DNA of 64,000 nt from an uncultured Acidobacteriota bacterium (GTDB lineage: Bacteria; Acidobacteriota; Thermoanaerobaculia; Multivoradales; UBA5704), in the NCBI GenBank assembly GCA_963770895.1, contig CAVYRF010000002.1:5376001-5440000 (forward strand), written 5' to 3'. Below, piece after piece: positions 19,701 to 31,700 of this stretch (the stretch's first letter is position 1; every line of letters starts with the position of its first letter). The notes under the pieces are model-generated. The model saw only the letters and a list, made by a program, of their open reading frames with translations. It was not told the DNA's origin and did not search any database. The translations under genes and the position numbers were made by a program.

Positions 19701-22700
19701 AGGGCGTCTGTGTCACCCACGCCAACGTCGTGCGCCTGCTGCGCACCGCCGCCCACCATTTCGACTTCGGGCCGCAGGACACCTGGACGCTGTTTCATTC
19801 GCCCGGCTTCGACTTCTCGGTGTGGGAGATCTGGGGGGCGCTGGCGCACGGCGGCAGGTTGGTGGTGGTGCCCTATTGGGTGAGCCGCCAGCCGGACGCG
19901 ACGCGCGCCCTGCTGGTGCGGCAGGGCGTGACGGTGCTCAATCAGACGCCGTCGGCGTTCGGCGCCTTGATCGAGGCGGATGCGGAGGCTGGCGGTGGCG
20001 ATGGCGGCGGCGGCGGTGTTGGCGGCGATGGCGGCGGTGGCGGCGTCGGCGACGGGCTCGTGCTGCGCTGGGTGATCTTCGGCGGCGAAGCGCTCGACCT
20101 GCGGCGCCTGGCGCCGTGGTGGGAGCGCCACGGCGACCGGCGGCCGCGCCTGGTCAACATGTACGGCATCACCGAGACGACGGTGCACGTCACGTTCCGC
20201 GCCGTGGCCGCCGACGACGGCCCCGGCACCGGGTCCGCCCCCGCCAACATCGCGCCCGGCGCGGCGAGCCCCCTGGGTGTCGCCCTGCCGGACCTGACGC
20301 TCTACCTGCTCGACCGCGAGCTGCAGCCGGTGCCGCTGGGCGTTGCCGGCGAGATCTGCGTCGGCGGCGACGGCCTGGCGCGCGGCTACCTGGGACGCCC
20401 GGACCTGACCGCGCGGCGCTTCGTGCCCGACCCGTTCGGGCGCCAGCCGGGGGCGCGCCTCTACCGCTCGGGCGACCTGGGGCGGCATCGGCCGTACGGC
20501 GAGGTCGAATATCGCGGCCGCGTCGATCACCAGGTGAAGCTGCGCGGCTTCCGCATCGAGCTGGGCGAGATCGAAACTGTGCTCGCCGCGCATCCCCAGG
20601 TGGCGGCAGCGGCGGTGGTGCTGCGCGAAAAGGCCGACGGCGAGCGCCAGCTGGTCGCCTACCTGACCGCGCCGGCGGGGCAGCCGGCAGCGGACCTGAC
20701 GGATCTGCGCGCGCACCTGGCGCAGCGGCTGCCGGACCACATGGTGCCGGCGGCCTACGTCACCCTGGCGGCGCTGCCGCTGACCACCGGCGGCAAGGTG
20801 GACCGGCGGGCGCTGGCGCCGGAAGCGTCGCTCGCCGGGAGCGGTGGGCAGTCGCCGCCGGCGACGCTTGCGACGGCGGCAAGGTTGGCGACGGCGGGCC
20901 GGCCGGCCGCCGCGAAGGCGCTGGTCGAGATCGTGGCGGGCATCCTTGCCGCGGTGCTCAAGCGCGAACGGGTGGCGCCCCACGACAGCTTCTTCGACCT
21001 GGGCGGCCATTCGCTGCTGGCGGTGCAGGTGGTGTCGCGGTTGCGGCAGACGCTGGGCGTCGAGCTGCCGCTGCCCAGCCTGTTCGCGCTGCGCACCGCC
21101 GCGGCGCTGGCCGGCGAGGTCGAGCGCCTGCGCCAGCGCGGCGGCGACGCGCCGCCCATCCTGCCGGTGCCGCGCCGGGGGCCGCTGCCGCTGTCGTTCG
21201 CCCAGCAGCGGCTGTGGTTCCTCGACCAGCTGGCGCCCGGCACCGCCACCTACAACATCCCGGCCGCGGTGCGGCTGGCCGGCCAACTGTCGGTCGGCGG
21301 CCTGGCGCACGCCTTCGCCGCCCTGGTGGCGCGCCACGAGGTGCTGCGCACGACGATCGTCGCCGCGGGCGGCGAGCCGGTGCAGGTGGTCGAGAGCGCG
21401 GCGCGGACCGGCTTGCCGCTGCTCGACCTGACGGCGCTGCCGGCGGCGGCGGCGCAGCGCGAAGCGGCGCGCCTGGCGGTGGCGGCGGCGCGGCGCCCGT
21501 TCGACCTGGCGGCGGGTCCGGTGCTGCGCCTGGCTCTGCTGCGCCTGGCGCCGCGCGAGCATTTGCTGCTGCTGACCATCCATCACGTCGCCGCCGACGG
21601 CTGGTCGGTGGGGGTGCTGGTGCGCGAGCTCGCGGCGCTCTACGCCGGCGCGCCGCTGCCGGCGCTGGCGATCCAATACGGCGACTTCGCGGTGTGGCAG
21701 CGCACCTGGCTGGCGGGGACGGTGCTCGCGGCGCAGCTCGACTGGTGGCGCGGGCGGCTGGCGGGCGCGCCGCGCCTGCTGGAGGTGCCCGCCGACCGGC
21801 CGCGCCCCGCGCTGCCCAGCCATCGCGGCGGCGTGGTGCCGCTGGCGCTGCCCGCGGAGCTGGGCCCGGAGCTTGCCGCGCTGGCGCGGCGCCAGGGCAT
21901 GACGCTGTTCATGGTCCTGCTGGCGGCGTACGGCGCGCTGCTCGGGCGGCTGGCGAACCAGGAAGACCTGCTGGTGGGCACGCCGGTCGCCAATCGCAAC
22001 CGGCGCGAAACCGAAGACCTGATCGGCTTCTTCGTCAACACCCTGGTGCTGCGCGTCGACGGCCGCGGCGAGCCCACCTTCCAGCAGCTGCTCGAACGGG
22101 TGCGGCAGGAGGCGCTGGGCGCCTTCTCGCACCAGGACCTGCCGTTCGAGCGCCTGGTCGAGGAGCTGGGGGTGGACCGCGACCTGCGCGCGTCGCCGCT
22201 GTTCCAGGTGGCGTTCGTGCTGCAGAACGTGCCGGCCGCGGCGATCGACCTGCCGGGGCTGCGGGTCGAGCCGCAGCGGTCGCCCGAGGGCGGCGCCAAG
22301 TTCGACCTGTCGCTGACCATGGAGGAGACCGCCGCGGGGCTGGTCGGCGCGATCGAATACAGCGCCGACCTGTTCGATCGCGTCACGGTGCGGCGGCTCG
22401 CCGGGCACTTCGGCGCTCTCCTGGCCGGCGCCGCCGCGGCGCCGCGCACCCCTCTCCAGGAGCTGCCGCTGCTGCTCCCGAGCGAGCGCTGGCAGCTGCT
22501 GGGGGAGTGGAACGACACGCGCGACCTGGCGGGTGGCGGCGGCGAGGCGGCGCCGCTCCTGGTGCACCAGCTGGTGGCGCTGCACGCGGCGCGGGCGCCG
22601 CTGGCGCCGGCGGTCGGCGGCGGCGGCGAGCCCGACCTGACGTACGGTGAGCTGGATGCCCGGGCGAACCGCCTGGCGGCGCGGTTGCAGGCGCTGGGCG

Positions 22701-25700
22701 TCGGTCCGGAGGTGCGCGTGGCGGTCTGCGCCGGCCGCACGCCGGCGGGGGTGACGGGGCTGCTGGCGGTGCTCAAGGCCGGCGGCGGCTACGTGCCGCT
22801 CGACCCGGCGTCGCCGGAGGAGCGCCTGGCCTTCCAGCTGGCCGACGCGGCGGCGCCGGTGGTGCTGGTCGAGGAACGCTTCCGCGACCGCCTGCCGCCG
22901 TGCGGCGCGGCGATCGTCGGCCTGGACGCGGCGGCGGGGGCCGGCGCGGATTGCGCCGCGCCGCAGGCCGGCGTCGGGCTGGACAACCTGGCGTACGTGA
23001 TCTACACCTCCGGCTCGACCGGCCGCCCCAAAGGCGTCGAGATCCCGCATCGCGGCCTGCTCAACCTGGTGCGCTGGCACCAGCGGCGCCATGAGGTCGG
23101 CGCCGCCGACCGGGCGACGTACACGTCGAGCCCGGCGTTCGACGCCTCGGTGTGGGAGCTATGGCCGTTCCTGGCGGCGGGCGCCAGCGTGCACATCCCG
23201 GACGACGAGACGCGGTTGTCGGCGCCCGGCCTGCTGGCCTGGTGGGCGGCGCAGCGCATCAGTCTGGCGTTCCTGGTCACGCCGATCGCCGAAGCGGTGC
23301 TGGAAGAGGCGGCGAGGGCCGAGCCGCCGCTGACCGCCCTGCGGGCGGTGCATGTCGCGGGCGATCGCCTGCGCCGGCGTCCGGCCGCGGGCTCGCGGCT
23401 GCGGCTGGTCAACCACTACGGGCCGTCGGAATACTCGGTGTGCTCGACCGCCGGCCTGGTGGCGCCGGCGGCGGTGGCGGCGGCGGTGCCGGCGGCGACG
23501 CCGGTCGCGGCGGCGGAGCGCCTGCCGGCGATCGGCCGGCCGATCGCCAACACCGCGGTCTACGTCCTGGACCGCTGGGGCGAACCGGTGCCGGTGGGGG
23601 CCTACGGCGAGCTGTGCGTGGCGGGAGCGGGCCTGGCGCGCGGCTACCTGGGGCGCGCGGCGCTGACCGGGGAGAGGTTCGTGCCGGACCCTTGGAGCGG
23701 CGCTTTCGGCGCGCGCATGTATCGGACCGGCGACCTGGTGCGGCGGCTGGCGGACGGCGACATCGATTTTGCGGGCCGCATCGATCACCAGGTGAAGATC
23801 CGCGGCTACCGCATCGAGCTGGGAGAGATCGAGGCGGTGCTGGCGGCGCTGCCGGGCGTGGCGGCGGCGGCCGCGGCGGTGCGCGGCGCCGGAGGCGGAG
23901 CGGGCCAGGCCGCGGCGGCCGGCGGCGACGAGGACCTGCGGCTGGTCGCCTGGGTGGTGCCGGCGGTGAGGACGGCTGCGGCGGCAGCCGACGGTGCCGG
24001 CGACGCCGCCGGCGGGAGGCAGGACGCCGACGCCGGCGGTGCGACCGGCGTGAGCGATGCGGCCGGCCTGGCCCGCGCCGCGGCGCCAACCGCCGAGGCG
24101 CTGCGGCGCGGGCTCGCCGAGCGCCTGCCCGCGTACATGGTGCCGGGCGACGTGGTGTTTCTGGATCGGCTGCCGCTCAACTCCAGCGGCAAGGTCGATC
24201 GCCAGGCGCTGCCGGCGCCGGCGGCGTGGGCCGCCAATGCCGCCAATGCCGCCCACATCGCCGGCCTCGCCGAAGCGTCGGGCTTCGTCGCCGCCGACTT
24301 CGTCGAGGAGCAGCTGGCGGCGTGCTGGAGCGAGGTGCTGGGCGCGCCGCCGGCCGGCCACGACGAAAGCTTCTTTGCCGCCGGCGGTCACTCGCTGCTG
24401 GCGACCCGCCTGGTGTCGCGGCTGCGCCAGCGGCTGAGCGTCGAGCTGAGCGTGCAGGCGGTGTTCGAGGCGCCGTCGCCGCGCGCTCTGGCCGCCCGCC
24501 TGCGGCAGCTGCGCGGCGCCGCCGATCCGCTGGCCCCGCTGCCGGCGCTGCCGCTGCTCGCCGCCGGCGAGGCGCCGCCCATCCTGCCCGCGCCGCGGCA
24601 GGGTTCGTCGCTGCCGCTGTCGTTCGCCCAGCTGCGGCTGTGGTTTTTCGACCAGCTGGTGCCCGGCAGCGGCATCTACAACGTGCCGGCGGCGGTGCGG
24701 CTGAGCGGCGCGCTGTCGGTTGCCAGGCTGGCGCGCGGCTTCGCCGCCGTGGTGCGCCGCCACGAGGTGCTGCGCACCACGATCGCGACCGCCGGCGGCG
24801 AGCCGGTGCAGATCGTCGCCGGCGTTGCCAGCGGCGCAGCGGCGCCCCTGCCGGTGTTCGACCTGACGGCGCTGCCGCCGGCGGTGCGGCAGGCCGAAGT
24901 GCTTCGGCTGACGGCGAGCGAGGCGCGGCGGCCGTTCGACCTGGCGGTGGGGCCGGTGTCGCGCCAGGTCCTGCTGCGCCTGGCGCCGGAGGAGCACCTG
25001 CTGCTGCTGATCCTGCACCACATCGCCGCCGACGCCTGGTCGGTGGGTCTGCTGGTCAAGGAGCTGGTGGCGCACTATCGCGGCGGCGCCGCTGCCGACG
25101 TCGCCGCCGCCGATGCCGGCGTCGCCGACACCGCGCTGCCGCCGCTGCCCATCCAGTATGCGGATTTTGCCGTGTGGCAGCGCCGCTGGCTGCAGGGGGC
25201 CGTCCTGGCGGAGCAGCTGGCCTGGTGGCGCGGCCGCCTGGAGGGCGCGCCGCGGCTGCTGGCGCTGCCCACCGACCGGCCGCGGCCGGCGCTGCCCAGC
25301 CACCGCGGCGCCGTGGTGCTGATGGCGGTGCCGCAGGCGCTGGCGCGGGACCTGGAAGCGCTCGGCCGGCGCCAGGGTGTGACGCTGTTCATGACGCTGC
25401 TGGCCGCGTTCGGCGCGGTGGTCGGCCGCCTGGCCAACCAGCAGGACCTGCTGGTGGGAACGCCGGTCGCCAACCGCAACCGGGTCGAAACCGAAGAGCT
25501 GATCGGCTGCTTCGTCAACACCCTGGTGCTGCGTCTGGACGGCCGCGGCAATCCGACGTTTCAGCGGCTGCTCGACCGCGTGCGCGACGAAGCGCTGGGT
25601 GCGTTCGGCCACCAGGACCTGCCGTTCGAGCGCCTGGTCGAGGACCTGGAAGGGGAGCGCGACCTGCGCGTCACGCCGCTGTTCCAGGTCGTCTTTTCGC

Positions 25701-28700
25701 TGCAGAACACGCCCATGTCCCGGGTGGAGCTGCCCGGTCTGCGCGTCGAGCCGCGGCCGCTGCCGGAAGGGCAGTCCAAGTTCGATCTCACGCTGACCAT
25801 GGAGGAGACCGTGGCGGGCCTGGTCGGCAGCCTCGAATACAGCACCGACCTGTTCGACCGCGCGACGGTGCGGCGGCTGGTCGGGCACTTCGGGACGCTG
25901 CTCGCCGCCGCGGCGGCGGCGCCGGGGACGGCGCTGGACCTGCTGCCGCTGCTTTCCGCGCGCGAGCGCTGGCAGGTGCTGGGGGAGTGGAACGACACGC
26001 GCCAGGAGCCGCCCGCGGACGGCGCCGCGGCGGCGCTCCTGGTGCACGAGCGGGTGGCGCTGCAGGCGGCGCGGGCGCCCTGGGCGCTGGCGGTCGGCGG
26101 TGGCGAGGGTGGCGGCGGTGGCGACCTGACCTACGGCGAGCTCGACGCCAGGGCCGGCCGGCTGGCGGCGCGCCTGCGGGCGCTGGGGGTGGGGCCCGAG
26201 GTGCGGGTGGCGGTGTGCGCCGGCCGCACGCCGGCGCGGGTGGCGGGCCTGCTGGCGGTGCTCAAGGCGGGGGGCGCCTACGTGCCGCTCGATCCCGCCT
26301 ATCCGGCCGAGCGCCTGGCGTTCCAGCTGGCCGACGCGGCGGCGCCGGTGGTGCTGGTCGAGGAGCGCTTCCGCGACCGCCTGCCGCCTGCCGGCGCGGT
26401 GGTCGTCGGCCTGGAATCGGCGCTGGACGATGCGGCGGTCGGAGAGGCGGACCCGCACTACGCCGGGGGGCCGGCTCCTGTCGGCCTGGACAACCTGGCG
26501 TACGTGATCTACACGTCGGGCTCGACCGGGCAGCCGAAAGGCATCGAGATCCCGCACCGCGGCCTGCTCAACCTGGTCTTGTGGCACCAGCGGCGCTACG
26601 CGGTGGGTGCCGCGGACCGGGCGACGCAGCTGGCCAGCCCGGCCTTCGACGCCTCGGTGTGGGAGCTGTGGCCCTACCTGGCGGCGGGTGCCAGCGTCCA
26701 CATCCCGGACGAAGAGACGCGGCTGTCGGCGCGCGCCCTGCCGGGCTGGTGGGCGGCGCAACGCATCACCCTGTCGTTCCTGGTGACGCCGCTCGCCGAA
26801 GCGGTGCTGGAAGAGGCGATGGCGGCGGCTGCCGGGGCCGCGGCGCCAGGGGTCGCGGCGGCGCCGGTGGCGCCGGCAGGCAACCCGCGGGCGCTGCTCA
26901 CCGGCGGCGACCGTCTGCGCTGGCGCCCGGCGGCGGGCGCCGGGCTGCGCCTGGTCAACCACTACGGGCCTTCGGAATACTCGGTGGTGGCGAGCGCCGG
27001 CGAGGTGGCGCCGGCGGATGCGGACGCCGCCGGGCGCCTGCCGGCGATCGGCCGGCCGGTCGCCAACACCGCGATCTACATCCTGGATCCCGGCGGGGCG
27101 CCGGCGCCGGCGGGGGTTTACGGCGAGCTGTGCGTGGCGGGGGCGGGCCTGGCGCGCGGCTACCTGGGGCGCCCGGCGATGACCGCCGAGCGCTTCGTGC
27201 CGGACCCCTGGAGCGGCGCTCCCGGCGCCCGCCTGTATCGCACCGGCGACCTGGCGCGGCGGCTGGCCGATGGCGAGCTGGAGTTTGCCGGCCGGATCGA
27301 TCACCAGGTGAAGATCCGCGGCTTCCGCATCGAGCTGGGGGAGATCGAGGCGGTGCTGGCGGGGCTGCCGGGCGTCGCGGCGGCGGCTGTGGTGGTGGTG
27401 GGCGGCGGCGGCTCCGGGCAGCAGGCGCCGCCGGATGGCGGCGCGGACCGCCGGCTGGTCGCCTACGTCGTGCCGGCGGCCACGACGGCGGCGCCGGCCG
27501 CCGAGGCGGTTCGGCTCGGGCTTGCCGCGCGGCTGCCTGAGCACATGGTGCCGGCCGAGTTCGTCTTTCTGGATCAGTTGCCGCGGAGCCCCAGCGGCAA
27601 GGTCGACCGCCGGGCGCTGCCGGTGCCGCCGGCGTGGGACGCCGCGCCGGCCGCGGCGGGCGGCTTCACCGCCGAGGACGCGGTCGAGGAGCTGCTGGCG
27701 GCGTGCTGGCGGGAGCTGCTGGGGCGACCGCCGGGCGGGCGCGACGAGAGCTTCTTTGCCGCCGGCGGCCACTCGCTGCTGGCCACGCGCCTGGTGTCGC
27801 GCCTGCGCCAGCGGCTGGGCATCGAGGTGCCGCTCCAGGCGGTGTTCGAAGCGCCGTCGCCGGGGGCGCTGGCAGCGCGCGTGCGCCAGCTGCAGGCGGC
27901 CGCCGGGGTGGCGGTGGGGGACGTGGGCAGCCTGGCGGCGGGAGAGCCGGCGGGGGGGGCGGCGGACCGCCTGCCGCCGCTGGTGCGCCAGCCGGACGGC
28001 GACGGGGCGGAGCTGCCGCTGTCGTATTCGCAGCAGCGGCTGTGGTTCCTCGACCAGCTGGCGCCCGGCAGCACCGCCTACAACATGTGCGGCGCCCTGC
28101 GGCTGCGCGGCACGCTGGGTGCCGCCGAGCGGCACACGCTGCGGCGGGCGCTGGCCGCGATCGTCGATCGCCACCAGGTCCTGCGCACGGTGTATCCGGT
28201 GATCGCCGGCAAGCCCTCCCAGGTGGTGCGCCGCGACTTCGTGCTGGACCTGCCGCTGCTGGACCTGGCGGCGCTCGGCGACGGGGCGCTCCACGAAGGC
28301 CGGCGGGTGGGGGCCGCCATCTTCGAGCGGCCGTTCGACCTGGCGGCGGGACCTCTGCTGCGGGCGGCGCTGGTGGTCGTGGGGCCGGCCGACCACCTGC
28401 TCACCGTGACAATGCATCACATCGTCGCCGACGGCTGGTCGATCGACATCCTGGTGCGCGAGCTGGCGATCCACTACGCGGCCTTCGCCGCCGGGCGCGC
28501 CGCCCCGCTGCCGCCGCTGCCGTTGCAGTATTCCGACTATGCGCGCTGGCAGCACGGCGAACAGGTGGGGCGGCTGCTCGCGGCGCAGCTGGCCTACTGG
28601 CGCCAGGCGCTGGCCGGCGCCCCGGCGCAGCTGGCGCTGCCCGCCGACCGGGCGCGCCCGGCGGTGCAGAGCTCCCGCGGCGGCTCGGTGGGGCTGGCGC

Positions 28701-31700
28701 TGCCGGCGGGGGTCGCGGCCGGCCTGCACCGCCTGGGCCAGCTGCAGGGAGCGACGCTCTTCATGACGCTGCTGGCCAGCTTCGACCTGCTGCTCTATCG
28801 CGCCAGCGGCCAGGACGACGTGGTGGTGGGGACGCCGATCGCCAACCGCGAGCGCATCGAGATCGAGGGGCTGATCGGCTGCTTCGTCAACACCCTGGCG
28901 CTGCGCGGCGACCTCGCCGGCCGGCCGTCCTTCGCCACGCTGCTGGGGCGGGTGCGGCAGACCAGCCTGGCGGCGTATGCGCACCAGGACCTCCCCTTCG
29001 AGCAGCTGGTGGAGGCGCTGGCGCCGCAGCGCGACCTGGGCTCGACGCCGCTGTTCCAGGTGATGCTGGTGCTGCAGAACTTCGCCGGCGGCCTTGCCGG
29101 CGCCGCCGGCGGCCGGCTGGGAAGCCCGGACGTGGGCCTGTCGCTGGAGCCGTTCGCGGTGGCCCAATCGGCCGCCAAGTTCGACCTCACCCTGGGCGTG
29201 GCGGACCTGCCGCAGGGCATGGTGGCGGAGCTCATCTTCAACCGCGACCTCTTCGAGCCGGCCACCGCCGCGCGATTGATGGGCCAGTGGCGGACCCTGC
29301 TGGAAGCCATCGCGGCTCTGGCCGCCGGTGTCGGCGACGCACCGGGTGCCGCTGCGATCGAGGACCTGCCGTGGTTCGGCGCCGCCGAGCGCCAGCAGCT
29401 GCTGGAGTGGAACGACACCGCGGCGGCGTACCCGCAGGGTCAGTGCCTGCACGAGCTGATCGAAGAGCAGGCGCGGCGGACGCCGGACGCGCCGGCGGTC
29501 GCGGCGGACGGCGGCGACAGCTTGAGCTACGGCGCCCTGGACGCGCGGGCCGGCCAGCTGGCCTGGACCCTGCGCGGGTTGGGGGTGGGGCCGGAGACGG
29601 TGGTGGCGATCGCCGTCGAACGCTCGACCGCGATGATGGTTGGGCTGCTGGCGATCCTCAAGGCGGGCGGCGCCTACCTGCCGCTCGACCCCGACTACCC
29701 GGCCGACCGCCTGCGCTTCATGCTCGACGATGCGCGGGCGCCGGTGCTGCTCACCCAGCGCCACCTGGCGGCGCGGCTGGGCGAGCCCGCGGCGGCGGTG
29801 CTCTACCTGGACGACCCGCAGGCGCCCTGGCTCCGGGCGACGCGGGCGACCATGGCAGCAGCAGCAGCCGGCGGGGACACGGCGGCCGGCGGCTGCGGAG
29901 TGACGGCGGACAACCTGGCGTACGTGATCTACACGTCGGGCTCGACGGGTCGTCCGAAGGGGACGATGAACAGCCATCGCGGCATCGTCAACCGTCTGCT
30001 GTGGATGCAGCAGCGCTACGGCCTGGTGGCGGCGGACCGGGTGCTGCAAAAGACGCCGGCGAGCTTCGACGTTTCGGTGTGGGAGCTGTTCTGGCCGCTG
30101 GTGACGGGCGCGTGCGTGGTGATGGCGCGTCCGGGCGGCCACCGCGACAGCGACTACCTGTTGCAGGCGGTCGCGGACGAGCGCATCACGACGCTGCATT
30201 TCGTGCCGTCGATGCTGCGGGCGTTTCTCGACTACGCGCAGACGTCGCCGGGGAGCGCGGCGTCGCTGCGCTCCCTGCGGCAGGTGATGGCGAGCGGCGA
30301 GGCGCTGCCGTACGACCTGCAGCAGCGGTACGCGTCGGTGGTCGCGGCGCCGCTGCACAATCTGTACGGTCCGACGGAAGCGGCGGTGGACGTGACGCAT
30401 TGGACGACCGATCCGGGCGGGTCGCGGCGGCTGGTGCCGATCGGCCGTCCGGTGGGCAACACGCAAATCCACCTGCTGGACCGGCAGGGCGACGCGGTGC
30501 CGATGGGGGTGGCGGGGGAGCTCTACATCGGCGGCGTGCAGGTGGGGCGCGGCTACCTGGGGCGGCCGGAGCTGACGGCGGAGCGCTTCGTGCCGGACGG
30601 CTTCGCGCGCGGCGCTGGGGAGGCGGGGGGGCGGTTGTACCGCACCGGCGACGTGGCGCGGTACCTGGCGGATGGGGCGATCGACTATCTGGGGCGGGCG
30701 GATTTCCAGGTCAAGATCCGGGGCTTCCGCATCGAGCTGGGGGAGATCGAGGCGGCGCTGGCGGCGTTGCCGGGGGTGCAGGCGGCGGCGGTCGTGGTGC
30801 GCAAGGTGGCGCTCGGCAGCGTGCCGCCGCCAGCCGCGCCTGGCGCGGCGAACGCCGCGACGGCGGCAGCCGTCCCCGCCACGGCATCGGTGGCGATCTC
30901 GGCGGCAACGGCGTCAGGGGCGGCCGCGGCCGGCGGTGGCAGCGACCCGCGGCTGGTCGCCTGCGTGGTGCCGCGGCAGGGGGCCAGTTTGGCAGCCGCC
31001 GGCTTGCGCCAGGGGCTGGGCGAGCGGCTGCCCGAGCACATGGTGCCGGGCGAAGTGGTGCTGCTCGACAGCCTGCCGCTCACTCCCAGCGGCAAGCTGG
31101 ACCGGCAGGCGCTGGCGGCGGTGTCAGGCTTGGCAGGGGGGGCGGCGCCGGGGAGCGGCGGCGACGGCGGTGCGCAGGACGCGGCGGCGGCCGCCGGGTT
31201 TGCCGCCGGAGATGCGGTCGAAGAGATGCTGGCGGCATGCTGGGCCGAATTGCTGGGGCGGCCGCCGGCGCGGCGCGACCAGAGCTTCTTCGACGCCGGC
31301 GGCCATTCGCTGCTCGCCACCCAATTGGTGGCGCACCTGCGGCAGAGCCTGGGCGTCGAGCTGACCCTGCGCATGATGTTCGAGGCGCCGGCCTTCGCGG
31401 CGCTGGCGGCGCGGCTGCGCGCGCTGTTGCGCGAAGGGTCTGCCGCCAGCCTGCCGCCGCTCGCGCGCGTCGCCGGCCGCGGCGGCGACCTGCCGCTGTC
31501 GTTTGCCCAGCAGCGGCTGTGGTTTCTGGACCAGCTGGAGCCGGGCAGCCCGCTGTACAGCATGCCGTTCGCGCTGGTCCTGGAAGGCGACCTGGCGCCG
31601 GCGGTGCTCGGCCGCAGCCTGGGCGAGATCGTGCAGCGGCACGAGACGCTGCGCACGGTGTTCCGTGCCGGCGCCCTGGCGCCGCGGCAGGTGATCCTGC

